A stretch of 63,966 nt of DNA, counting the filler, from Malassezia furfur (lineage: Eukaryota): the NCBI GenBank assembly GCA_052055015.1. It is 3 parts of 3 records of this genome, joined end to end, with 100 filler letters (N's around TTAATTAATTAA, not from the genome) between each part and the next. Parts side by side here need not be neighbours in the genome. Positions count along the whole stretch, not along the records: positions 24,991 to 49,815 come from JBQJIT010000139.1; positions 49,916 to 63,966 come from JBQJIT010000294.1; 1 more part is not named here. One strand, 5' to 3'. Of this stretch, positions 41,328 through 52,044 are shown piece by piece (positions within the stretch are counted from its first letter, which is position 1; each line of letters starts with the position of its first letter). The position numbers were made by a program, and so were the translations under genes. The notes beneath the pieces are model-generated. The model was not told where the DNA came from, did no database searches, and saw only the letters and a program-made list of their open reading frames with translations.

Positions 41328-42232
41328 ATGGCCACCGGCGGGAAGGTGTGGGACCTGGGCGAGCTATTGGCGCCTGTCGCAAAAGACGGCGCAAAAGTGC
41401 GCTACGCACTGATCCTTCTCAATACACCTATTCCTCATGATCACTGGCGCGCGTTCGTTCGGCTCTGGCGGCGCTCCGACCTGCGTATCTGTGCGGACGG
41501 CGCCGCGAATCGACTTCTCGACTCGGTTGGAACCGGCGCGTGGTCCGAGATGCCGCTTCCATCGATGATCTGTGGCGATCTCGACTCGGTTCGGGAAGAC
41601 GTGCGCGGATTCTTCGAGGAAAAGGTGCGTGAGAATGCTCATATAGGGTGTCGAGGTTCTCCATCGGCCCTCTCTGTACGCGACCGATCTGCAAAAGTGT
41701 GTGCACGTCCTGGAGGACGTTGAACAAGGAGGCGTGCCCGAGTACGAGCTGGTAATTTTTGGCGGACTGGGTGGCCGGCTGGACCAGACGGCGCACACAC
41801 TGCATGTCCTGTGGCAGCTGGCACCCAATGTGACCATGGGTGAGGTCATTCCCGAGCCCGAGGAGCCCGGGAAAGCACCTCCGCGGGGTTCGCACCTCCG
41901 GAAACGCGCGCGGACGCTGATTGTATCAGAAAACTGTGTAACGAGCCTGCTTTCAGCGGGCGAACACGTCCTACGCCATAACCGCAAGTTCCTCGGCAAA
42001 AGCTGCGGCGTACTGCCGCTCGGCAGTGGCCCTCCCGGCGCACGTGTCTACACCCAAGGGCTCGAGTGGAACCTGGGTATGTGTACGACTGACCACAGCG
42101 GGTGAACCGTCGTTTTTGGGTGGGTTCTTTTCGTCGAACAACCACCTCGCACCGGACAATGCGCAAGGCATAGTCCACATTGGCGCTGATGCGCCCGTGT
42201 ACTGGACCGTAGAGCTGCAGCGCGATCTGTAA
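41328..42232 (+). CDS. THI80: Thiamine pyrophosphokinase; introns 41625-41646 and 42077-42098
   Basis: ALILLN, ICADGAANRL, GDLDS, TDLQK, GGLGGRLDQT, TQGLEWNL, SSNN. Confidence 0.93.
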
Positions 42233-42241
42233 AATGTCGCA

Positions 42242-42725
42242 TTATGCATTGGCGTCGCGCAGCGTCCCACTATGTAAAGGCTCCCCGATGCTGCCGAGCA
42301 GCGTAAAAGCGTCAATCTCAAGCACGCCTGTCGGCGGTTCCCCGCCCGTCCACGGCGTGCCGGCGCACGCGACGTGCACCTGTGCGCGGGTCACGCGACA
42401 CCGCTCGGTCGTGATGATGGCCCCTCGTGTTTGCGTGAAGCGCAGGAAGGGCACCTCGGCTTGGAACGCATCGACGGCTGCGCCGGTAAAACGCGCTGGA
42501 AGGTAGTGCGTCGCGTCGCACACCTGAGCCCAGACGTCGGTGCGGTTGTGCGGCGCATTTTCGGGGCGGAACGTGAGAAACTGGGTGAGTGCAATCGCCC
42601 ACCTGCATAATCTGCACGCGGCTGCCCGGGCGGTAGGCCGTGGACTCTGCCGTGGACGCCGCGCCGTCCTCACGGAGCGCGTCGCGACGGCGCTGCTGCA
42701 GCCACGGCCGCAAGCTGCGGCTCAT
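42242..42725 (-). CDS. Small TPP1/Est3-like OB-fold protein (about 153 aa); intron 42581-42602 (22 nt)
   Basis: Spliced MSRSLRPWLQ...RVQIMQFLTF...VWAQVCDATHYLPARFTGAAVDAF...RFTQTRGAII...LEIDAFTLLGSIGEP matches the TPP1/Est3 OB pattern. Confidence 0.6.
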
Positions 42726-42862
42726 AACGTCTGTGCGCGTGTGGAGGGTACAGCGAATCAGAACGTGCGCAATAGTTGGCGACGCCAATGGGCGAGGCGG
42801 AGCCTGCGCACGAAAGATAGGGAACGTGCCCCGAATTCCCAGCAATATCTCTGGCATCCACC

Positions 42863-44296
42863 ATGATCGAGAACCAGGCCAAGTTTATTCAGTACATTGA
42901 GGAGCACAAGGACGACCTTGTGAAGACGCTGGCAGAGGCTGTTGCCATCCCCAGTGTGTCGGGTGATGCGTCGTACCGTCCGCAGGTGGTCAAGATGGGC
43001 GAGTGGCTCGAGAAGCAGTTCCAGGAGGCCGGCGCGAAGACGTCGATGCACTCGCTCGGCAAGCAGAATCTGGACGGCCAGGAGATTGACCTGCCGCCTG
43101 TGGTGTACGCGCAGATCGGCGAGGAGAGCAAGAAGAAGACGGTGCTGGTGTACGGCCACTACGACGTGCAGCCGGCGCTCAAGTCGGACGGCTGGAACTC
43201 GGAGCCGTTCGAGCTGGTCGAGGACAAGGCGAGCGGCCGCCTGTACGGCCGTGGCTCGACGGACGACAAGGGTCCGATCTTGGGCTGGCTGTACGTGCTG
43301 CTGGCGCACAAGGCGCTCGGCATCGAGCTCCCCGTGAACCTGAAGTTCTGCTTCGAGGGTATGGAGGAGAGCGGCTCGGTGGGCCTGGAGCAGTTTGTCG
43401 CGAAGGAGGCCAACGGCCTGTTCCAGGGCGTGGATGCCGTGTGCATTTCCGACAACTACTGGCTCGGCACCGAGAAGCCGTGTGTGACGCACGGCCTGCG
43501 TGGCATTGCCTACTTCAAGCTGGAGATCAAGGGCCCTGCGCGCGACCTGCACAGCGGTGTGTTTGGTGGTATGGTGCACGAGCCGATGACCGACCTCATT
43601 AAGATTATGTCGTCGCTTGTGACGCCCACGGGCCAGATCCTGGTGCCCGGTATCAACGAGCAGGTTGCGCCGCTCACGGACGAGGAGCGCAAGCGCTACG
43701 ACGTGATGGACTTCTCTATCTCGGACGTGGACAACGCGACGGGCTCGTCGACCATTGTGTCGGACCAGAAGCCGGACGTGCTGATGGCGCGCATGCGCTA
43801 CCCCTCGCTGTCGCTGCACGGCATTGAGGGCGCGTTCGCGGAGCCTGGCTCCAAGACGGTCATCCCCGCGCGCGTGGTGGGCAAGTTTAGCATCCGCCTC
43901 GTGCCCGACATGCAGCCGCAAAAGGTCGTGGACGACGTGAAGAAGTTTGTGGAGGCCGAGTTCAAGAAGCTCCAGTCGAAGAACACGATGAACTTCACCG
44001 CCGACCCGCCGGGCAAGCCGTGGCTCGCGGACCCCAACCACTGGAACTACGAGGCGGCGTTCAAGGCCACGCAGGAGATCTACGGCGTGAAGCCCGACCT
44101 GACCCGCGAGGGTGGCTCGATCCCCATCACGCTCACGTTCGCCGACAAGCTCGACAAGAACGTGCTGCTGCTGCCCATGGGCCGCTCGGACGACGGTGCG
44201 CACTCCACGAACGAGAAGCTCGACCTGTCGAACTACGTCAAGGGCACGGAGCTGCTCGGCAGCTACCTGTACGAGGTGTCGGCCATCGCTCAGTAA
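42863..44296 (+). CDS. DUG1: Cys-Gly metallodipeptidase (M20, CNDP2-type)
   Basis: YGHYDVQP, YGRGSTDDKGP, EGMEESGS, DLHSGVFGG, REGGSIP, DDGAHSTNEK; strong codon bias. Confidence 0.95.
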   Translation: MIENQAKFIQYIEEHKDDLVKTLAEAVAIPSVSGDASYRPQVVKMGEWLEKQFQEAGAKTSMHSLGKQNLDGQEIDLPPVVYAQIGEESKKKTVLVYGHYDVQPALKSDGWNSEPFELVEDKASGRLYGRGSTDDKGPILGWLYVLLAHKALGIELPVNLKFCFEGMEESGSVGLEQFVAKEANGLFQGVDAVCISDNYWLGTEKPCVTHGLRGIAYFKLEIKGPARDLHSGVFGGMVHEPMTDLIKIMSSLVTPTGQILVPGINEQVAPLTDEERKRYDVMDFSISDVDNATGSSTIVSDQKPDVLMARMRYPSLSLHGIEGAFAEPGSKTVIPARVVGKFSIRLVPDMQPQKVVDDVKKFVEAEFKKLQSKNTMNFTADPPGKPWLADPNHWNYEAAFKATQEIYGVKPDLTREGGSIPITLTFADKLDKNVLLLPMGRSDDGAHSTNEKLDLSNYVKGTELLGSYLYEVSAIAQ

Positions 44297-44419
44297 GCGC
44301 CGCACCCCCCTGTGTCGTGTCGCGATGCAATCGGCCCGCGTGTCGCCGTAGTTAAGTAGCGCGCCGATGCTGCCCCGCCATGGTCGCCGCCCGCCTACCC
44401 ACTAACCAGCCTGTGCGCA

Positions 44420-45634
44420 ATGCCGAGCTACTCACAACTCCACCGCACCGCCTCGAGCGCATCGCTGCGCCAGCGCCCACTCAGCCCAGTCCTGTACCGC
44501 ACGGTGCCGCACTCTGCCGGAAGCCATCGCCGTGCTGCCTCGGTGCCGAGCGACGGCGAGCACGGCGGTGTGCCGCCGTGCGCCGCGACCATCGTCCTCC
44601 GCCCGCATGCGGGGAGTGATAAGGCGCAGGCGAGCGCGAACGTGTTTTCGTTCGTGCCGGACGATGCAGGCACCAGTGCACCTACCGAGACGCTTCCTGC
44701 CGTGATTCTCGGCCCACACGGCACCATCACAGGCTACATCCAGATGCCCGTCACCGCTGCACCAGGGCGGCGGCACCTGACGTCCAAGCCGCGCGGGCCC
44801 CTCCGGCGCAAGGCGGTCGCACCGCCGCCGGAGTTGTACACGCGGGCGCTGCCTTCGCCGCCGCCTGTGCCACCCACGCCGCCTGTGCTCTGTGCGCCGC
44901 CATGCAAGAGCGCAACGAACCGGGCAGGCCTTGCGCGCATTGCGAGTGTGCGGCTCACGGACGAAGCGCCAGGGGATGTACCGACCAGCGTCACCGCGTC
45001 ACCGCGCGTACACGTCGACCAGCTCGGGCAGTGGCAGAAAGCGTTTGCAGCAAACCCTGCGCCGCCGAGCGCTGCGCCGCGCAGCACGTTGGAGGAATGG
45101 CAGAGTGCGTTTGGCACGTACGTGCCCGAGGTTGAACGCCCCACGCGTCCCGAGAGCACATCGCCGCCGCGACAGCCAAGTGCGTTCGGTGCGCCAGTGC
45201 CGCCCGTGTCGCCGAGCGCGCGGCGGAAGCCGTCGCGCATGGGCATGTGGAAGGACATGCTGCGCCCCGCGTCGCGCCGGCACCGCTCGGACACGTACAC
45301 GCCGCAGCACGACGTCGACGTATTTGCGCGTGCGCCACTCAAAGGTGCCGCACATCTGCGCATCAGCAGCCCCGTGCTGGCTGCGACCGGACGGCGCGAT
45401 GTGCCGGACGTGCCGCAGGACGAGGAGGCGCCATGCGAGGCGTGTGCATCGCCGACGCACCGCCTGCGGCAGTGTTTCACGACACGCATCACGCTGCAGC
45501 ACACCGAGCGCACCGTGGTCGAGCGCGTACCAGGGTACGGCGCACCGCCCCAGCGCCCATGTGCAGCCGATGTGCCGGCGACAGGTGCGCACGGGGCGCC
45601 GGCGCGCGAGGTGGAGGAGCGTAGTCTCTTGTAG
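44420..45634 (+). CDS. Pro/Ser-rich hypothetical protein
   Basis: 404-aa ORF filling the space between DUG1 and the next gene; no recognised domain. Confidence 0.6.
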   Translation: MPSYSQLHRTASSASLRQRPLSPVLYRTVPHSAGSHRRAASVPSDGEHGGVPPCAATIVLRPHAGSDKAQASANVFSFVPDDAGTSAPTETLPAVILGPHGTITGYIQMPVTAAPGRRHLTSKPRGPLRRKAVAPPPELYTRALPSPPPVPPTPPVLCAPPCKSATNRAGLARIASVRLTDEAPGDVPTSVTASPRVHVDQLGQWQKAFAANPAPPSAAPRSTLEEWQSAFGTYVPEVERPTRPESTSPPRQPSAFGAPVPPVSPSARRKPSRMGMWKDMLRPASRRHRSDTYTPQHDVDVFARAPLKGAAHLRISSPVLAATGRRDVPDVPQDEEAPCEACASPTHRLRQCFTTRITLQHTERTVVERVPGYGAPPQRPCAADVPATGAHGAPAREVEERSLL

Positions 45635-45636
45635 CC

Positions 45637-47167
45637 ATGGGTTTGGTGGACGTCGAGGCGCTCGTGGCCTACGACCTAACGCATGTGCAGTGTACGTGAG
45701 CCGCTGATGCAGACCATGCACACGATCCGTGGGGCCCTTGGTGGGCATTTGTCACGCTATCGCCCGTGCTGGTGCTGACCGTGTACGTCGCGGTCTTTTT
45801 GCACCGCCGCGAGATGACGTACCTCAATGTGCTCGTCGGTCAGGTGCTGTGCGAGGTGATCAACGGCAAGCTCAAGCGCCGTATCCAGCAGCACCGCCCG
45901 ACAAATGTGCTTGGCTCGGGGTACGGCATGCCGTCGTCGCACTCGCAGTTCTGCGGTTTCTTTGCCGCGTTCTGGGTGCTGCACCTTGTCGCGCACGCGC
46001 CGCAGCGCCGCGGCACGTACGCACGCAGCTATGCGGCACGCGTCGCCGATCGTACCGTGGCGCTCACGCTGCTCGTTGGACTCGCAGCCCTCACGTGCTA
46101 CTCGCGGTAGGTCGCGCGACTCACTCAGGCACTATCTCGTGTACCACACGCCAGCGCAGATCGGGGTCGGCGCTTCGCTCGGCGTGGTGCTCGGCACGGC
46201 GTACTACCTGGCCACGGAGGCCATCCCCCGTAGCGCGCCGGCGCACTCGGCGCTTGGCCGCGCGCGCCGTGCGTTTTACACGAGCCGCGTGAGCCGTGCG
46301 CTGCGCCTGCGCGACGCCTGGACCGTCTGGGCGGACGGCAGCGAGGACCACACGTATACGCGGTGGCGCGCCGAGCTCACCACCGATCCGCGGGCGGGCG
46401 CCGTGGCCCTGCGCGGCGATGCGCCTGCCCACGTCAGCATGATGCTGCGTGCGCTCCAAGAGGCCGACCAGTGCGACGCGGTGCCGACTGCCTTCTCGGT
46501 CGGGTGTGTGATTGCGGCGGCCGGCGCGTCGCTGAGGGAGCCCGGAACGCCGCTCGATGCGGTGCCCGTGCTTGAGCCGTACGCGCTGTTCACCGGCTTC
46601 TCGCGCGAGCTGCCCGGCAACACGCACGCCGAAGAGTGTGCCCTTGAGAAGCTGGTGCGGTACTGCGCGCGCACGCCCGAGGTGCGCAGTGCGCAGGCCG
46701 CTGCGGATGCCGCGCACAATACGCCGCTTCAGCTGCTCCTGTACACGACCATGGAGCCGTGCTCGCAGCGTCTGAGCGGCAACATGGCGTGTGTGGAGCG
46801 CATTCTGCGCTTCAACACGCGCCCGCCCGTGACGACCGCCGCGTGGCTGCTGCGTGCGAATGTGCCGCTTGCGAGCCATGGTGCGGCGCCCGTGCGTGCC
46901 GACACCACACTGCGTCCGCTGCAGATCGCGCTCGTGGTCCAGGGCGTGCGCGAGCCGGACGACTTTGTACTGTGCGAGGGCCAGAACCGGCTGCGCGACG
47001 CGGGCATCGACGTGGTCACTGCGTCGCCCGCCGCGGCGCCCGGCGTGCTCGGCCTCACGCTGCCGAGCCTGTCTTCGATCGCGATCCCGGTGCGTGCGTC
47101 GAACGCAACCGACTGGCTCGAAGACGCGTGCCTGCGTATGGCCAAAAAGGGACATGCTACAAAGTAG
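45637..47167 (+). CDS. Fusion protein: N-terminal dolichyl-pyrophosphate phosphatase (CAX4/DOLPP1, PAP2 family) plus C-terminal Rib2-type zinc deaminase; introns 45692-45712 and 46107-46128; about 495 aa
   Basis: PAP2 motifs KRRIQQHRP, GMPSSHSQF and SRHYLVYHTPAQ (the last restored by intron 2), then without a stop AFSVGCVI, TGFSRELPGNTHAEECAL, YTTMEPCSQRLSGNMAC, GVREPDDFV. Confidence 0.85.
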
Positions 47168-47179
47168 TGTACAGGGTAT

Positions 47180-48515
47180 CTAGCGCGGACGCCGGCGCGG
47201 GCCCAGGACCAGTGGGCCGTTCCATGCCAGTGTGCTGCTCTCGCGCAACGGTGCGGCTGCCGGGGCGCGTGCCGCATGTGCCGGGGCGCGCGGCGCAGCC
47301 GCCAGCACGCCGCCCGGCATCGGAAAGTCGTCGTCGTCGTCGTCGCCCCACGTGCCCGAAACGGGCGGCACAGGTGCTGGCGACGAGGAGCCCCCGGCGC
47401 GCATGCGCTTCACAGTTCGCGCCGGAGAGCTCGAGAGCTCCTCGGCGTCGCTTGTGCGCGCCTCGAGCTCGGCCAGACGCTTGCGGTACGTCGCCTCGGT
47501 CTGCGACTGCTGCGACTGCTGCGCACGAGCGGCGCGGTACTTTTCCTGGGCGCGCCGCACGGCCGCCTGCAGCTCGCGCATTTGGTCTGCCATGTGCTGA
47601 TTGCGCGCGCGGATCGCTGTAAGGGCCGCCGTAGCATCGGCCGCCTGCTCCTCAGCCTGCTGAATGCGTGCAGCGGCCTCCGCCTCGCGCTTCTCGGCAG
47701 CCTCTTCGCGGAGCGCCGCGCGGCGCACAGCCTCGACGCTCGCAGCCTTGGCGGAGGCGACGGCGTCCTGCATCCGTGTCTGTGCTGCGTCATGTTCGCG
47801 CTCGAGCGCCGCCTCACGCGCGGCCAATGCCTCGGCGCGTTCCTCGACGGCGGCGGCGTCGCGCGCCGCGTGTTTTTGCCGCTGGCGCACGGCGTGTCGG
47901 TCCTTGCACACGGCACGGGCCTCGTCGTCGAGTGCACGCCGTGCCTCGCGCAGTGCGTCTTCGGCTTCGCGATTGCGGACCGCATGCTGTTGCGTCTGGG
48001 TATAGGCCTTGGCAAGCGTCAGCGACACGCCCTCGACGTGTGTGACCATGTCGTGGAGCGCGTCGAGGACACGCTGCATGGCCTCGGCTGCCTTGGTGTC
48101 GCACACAGCGTTGCGGCGGAGTGCCTCGGTGACGCGAAGCTGCACGCGTCCCATCGGCGCTGCGCGAAGACCGTGCGCGGCCATGGCATAGGACTGCATC
48201 GCGGTGACCAAATCGCATGCGGCTTCCAACACAGGCTGTTCCGGGTCACGCACGTCTGTGTGGTGCGCCGCGACGTACTGGTGAAAGTCGGACGCGTCCG
48301 CAGGCCACAGGGGAAGCACCTCGGCGGGTGTGGCCGGTGCCTTGCACAGCGGACACCCGCCCTTGAGCGCGTCATGGCAGCGCGACGCGAGCCAGCTGCG
48401 CACGCATGGCGCGTGGAAGACGTGCCCTGGGTGAGTGGTGCGCCAACGTACCGCACGGCAGCGCCGCAGGCCGGGCCTCGGGCGTGTACGGCTCGAGGCA
48501 GATCCCACACGCCAT
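47180..48515 (-). CDS. RING-H2 plus coiled-coil putative E3 ligase; intron 48427-48451 (25 nt)
   Basis: Spliced N-terminus MACGICLEPY...LPCGHVFHAPCVRSW...CPLCK followed by a long coiled coil. Confidence 0.85.
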
Positions 48516-48611
48516 GGTGTTGGCGGCCCACGTGGGCCCACGCGTCGGCGCGTCGGCGTGGGGGCGGCGTACGTAATCGGCGCCAGCGCCGGCTCCGGTT
48601 GGCTTCCTCGC

Positions 48612-49675
48612 ATGCCGTTGAGTGCGGAGAAGCGACGGCGCTCGCCGCGAGAGAAGCGCAGCTGGGACTATGTCGTGCGCAGCGGCCTCGCCGGCGGGAT
48701 TGCTGGATGTGCGGTAGGTCGTCGACTAACACGCAGGCCAAGACCACGATTGCGCCGCTCGACCGCGTCAAAATTCTGTTCCAGGCGGCGAACCCCGACT
48801 ACCAAAAATACAGCGGGCGATGGCTCGGCGTGATTGACGCGGGGCGCAACATCGTCAAGCAGCAGGGTGTCGTGGGCCTATTTCAAGGGCACAGCGCAAC
48901 GTTGCTCCGCATCTTTCCGTACGCGGCGATCAAGTACATGGCGTACGACGCACTGCACCTGGCGCTCATGCCGACGCCGCGCGACGAGACGAGCGCGCGC
49001 CTGTTCTTGGCCGGTTCCATGTCCGGTGTGCTGTCCGTCTTTCTCACGTATCCGCTCGAGCTGATCCGCGTGCGCCTCGCATTTGATACACGCACTTATC
49101 CGCACCACAAAAACCTCCGCAACGTGATCGACACCATTTATCACGAGGGTGCCACGACCGTTGCGGCCGACGGGCGCGTCGCCGAAAGCCCTGCATCGAT
49201 GCTGCTGAACCGCGTCCCGCTGCTCAAGTTCTACCGCGGGTTTTCTGCGACGGTGCTCGGCATGATTCCGTACGCTGGCACCTCCTTCCTCGTGTTTGGG
49301 CGGTGCAAGACGGCGCTGTACCACGGTCTTCTCCACAAGGAGACCACAGGCGAGGTACTGCCGGGCTACGAGCACGTCGCGCCGCTCTGGAACGTGAACC
49401 GCACCGTGGTCGACCTGACCGCCGGCGCCTTGGCGGGCGCCATTTCCCAGACGGCCTCATACCCTCTCGAAGTCGTTCGCCGGCGGCAGCAGATTGGCGG
49501 CATATTGCGCCCGTCCAGCATCCTCACGCTGCGCGAGACGATCCGCAGCATTTACCGGACGCACGGGTGGCGCGGCTTCTACGTCGGGCTGTCGATTGGG
49601 TATATCAAGGTGGTGCCGATGACCGCCATCAGCTTTGCGGTGTGGTCCGCAATGAAACGCCGGCTGGGTATCTAG
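48612..49675 (+). CDS. LEU5: Mitochondrial coenzyme A carrier (Leu5/SLC25A16-like); intron 48714-48736 (23 nt)
   Basis: [72 protein letters not shown]. Confidence 0.9.
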
Positions 49676-49815
49676 GCCGCTGCGACATACCCTGTAGCAT
49701 TAGTCATGTGCACGTTTGGTGGGCACCCGCGTCCGCCGCACGCCCAGCGTGCGCCCCGGCGCCCGGGGGGCCGAAGGCGCGGAAGCGCCTTCGTCCGACG
49801 GCCGCGTGCCGAGCG

Positions 49816-49915
49816 NNNNNNNNNNNNNNNNNNNNNNNNNNNNNNNNNNNNNNNNNNNNTTAATTAATTAANNNNNNNNNNNNNNNNNNNNNNNNNNNNN
49901 NNNNNNNNNNNNNNN
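49816..49915. other. Artificial contig spacer N44-TTAATTAATTAA-N44
   Basis: TTAATTAATTAA at 49860-49871 flanked by Ns; same layout as the first spacer. Confidence 0.97.
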
Positions 49916-51541
49916 GAGATCATCCGCCTCGCGCCCATCTCGCGGCGCACGGGGCGCGCCGCTGGCGGATGCGGGGGGGGCAGAAGATGCGGGGGTCGCC
50001 GCGAAGCCACCGGGAATGCTTCCGGGCTTGGTCGACGTAGGATTTGATGCGGGCGGCGGCGGACCGGCCGATGGCGCGCTCGGCGGAGGCATGGCCGTGG
50101 GCGCCGTTGTCGTCGTCGGCGCCGGTGCCGGCGCCGTTGCGGTCGTGGGCGTCGGAGGCTGCGATGTCGATAGCGGGCTGGGGCCCAGACGGGACGAGGC
50201 GCTGTGCGTCTGCGGCGCCGGGCCTTGCGGCGAGTTGGGCATCGTGGACGAGGCGCTTGCAGGAGGCATCGGCGAGGGTGCCATCGACGCGTGCGATGCG
50301 GCGGTGTGCAGCGACGGCGTGCCGGAGGTGGCCGAGACCATCGATGCGCGCGACGGCGCCGCACTGTGCGGCGGCATAAGAGGCTGTGGCGGGGATGCGC
50401 CCTTGGCCTGGGCACCGGCACTCGGGGCGCCCGGGGTGCCGGCGGTCCCCGACGAAGTCGGGGCCGTCGGCGAGGTGGGCGACACGCCCGGGCTTTCCCA
50501 GGTCTCGCGCGTCGGCAGACTGCGAGCCAAGTCCATGCGTGACTTGTTGGAATCGCCGCCCTTGCGGAGCCCGCGGAGGAACGAGCGGCGCGTCGAGGGC
50601 ACGCGGGGGTCGCGCTGCGCGTTGGGGTCCTTCATCGACATGACGAGCGCGGGCGAGGACGGGGACGAGGTCCCCGGCGTACCGACGGCGCTCGGGTCGC
50701 CCGTCGCGGAGCGTCCGTCGGGCGAGAAGAACATACTCTGGCTGCGCATGCTGCTCGCATCGGATGCAAGCGGCGGCATCATGTCGACGTCGGTGCGGCT
50801 GCGCATCATGAGGGGGTACGGGTTGTCGCCGTAGCCAATGTCCATACCCTGCGGCACATTGAGGCGGCGCGCCGCCGACTCGCTCGGATTTACACCGCCG
50901 TGGAAGGCCTGGAAGAGCGACAAAGAGAGCGTCGAGTCGTTGGCACCCGGGCGCGCTGGCAGCGTGTGCAGCGACGGTGTCGACGCAAATCCGTTGCGCA
51001 GACTCGTCTGGCTCTGGTTGAATGGCGACATCGCATAGGGCGAGGGGGGCATGCTGCCGCCCGTGCCATAGTTGCGCAGCGCATCGGGCGCGACGAGCGA
51101 ATCCGTCGACATGGAGCCAAACCGCATCGGCGTCGTCGCGCCGCTCGCGGCCCGCGAACGCATCGCGCGGTTCTCTGCCTGGATTTCCTGCGCAATCACA
51201 TCAAGATCGCGCGTATCGTTGTAGCGACGCCGGCGGCCCTGCACCGGCTGCGCTGGCGGTCGCCCGTTGGCGGTCGCCTCAGCGTGCTGCGAGGCGCTGG
51301 CTGGGTTCAGCTGCGAGAGCGAGCTCTTGCCACGCAGTGAGTTTGTCGACGCTGTGCGCGATCCAGGACCGGGGCGCGTGCGGGCAGGCGACGAGGGGGC
51401 GAAGGGGGTCATCCCCATCCCGGCGCCGCGGAACACCGAGCGCTGGCCGGCACCGCTCGGGGGTCGCGACGAGGATGAGGGAGGGAGCGAGCTGCTCGCA
51501 GGCGTGCTCGGTGTGTTATTGGGTGCGAGGCGCGTGGTCAT
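49916..51541 (-). CDS. 5' part of a Ser/Pro-rich hypothetical protein truncated by the contig edge
   Basis: More than 540 codons open from the ATG at 51541 into the gap; low complexity; no domain recognised. Confidence 0.7.
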
Positions 51542-52044
51542 GCCAAAGAATCCACACGTAACACGGGACCAACGTTGGGGTTAGCGAGGTCACAAAGCAC
51601 GGGCACGGCGCGATCCGTCCTTCGTGTACGCGCAATAGAGTGTCGGGGCGTACGGTGTGCCCACAAACAATTGGAGCCGCTCGCAGGCAAGCGACCGGGG
51701 CGGACACGCACACAGGAGGCGCGCAAGAAAGCTACCACGAACGGTGCCGTGACTTAAGCTAGGCGTGTCCATGCGCGGCCCACGACCAGGTCCACGGACA
51801 CGCCGAGGCGGCCAGGGCCTATGCACGGCATGCATGCGTGGAGGAATTCTATGCATATGATTGGTCCGATAGGGTGTATGGGAATCCTGCCTGCACGAGG
51901 CGAGCCTACCAGTCCTTCCAGCAGATGCGTCGCATCGGGCGCGCAGAAGACGCGCGCGCAGCGCAGCACGCGACGGGCGCCGGAGATGCGATGGGGAACA
52001 CGCCGTGGCACGCGTCGCGTGGAGCGCGCGACGCCGTCAATACA

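Noticed and set aside
38125..42725. SDE2, RTC4 and TPP1-like genes as a telomere gene cluster
   Set aside because: Interspersed with unrelated genes; the telomere links of SDE2 and RTC4 are indirect; likely coincidence.
6265..47167. Apparent riboflavin cluster (RIB5 and the Rib2-type deaminase in one window)
   Set aside because: They are on different contigs separated by an artificial spacer, so linkage is unsupported.
51838..52044. Protein-looking start of ORF 51838..52971 (EEFYAYDWSDRVYG...)
   Set aside because: GTG start, no codon bias, and the remainder is antisense to TSR3.
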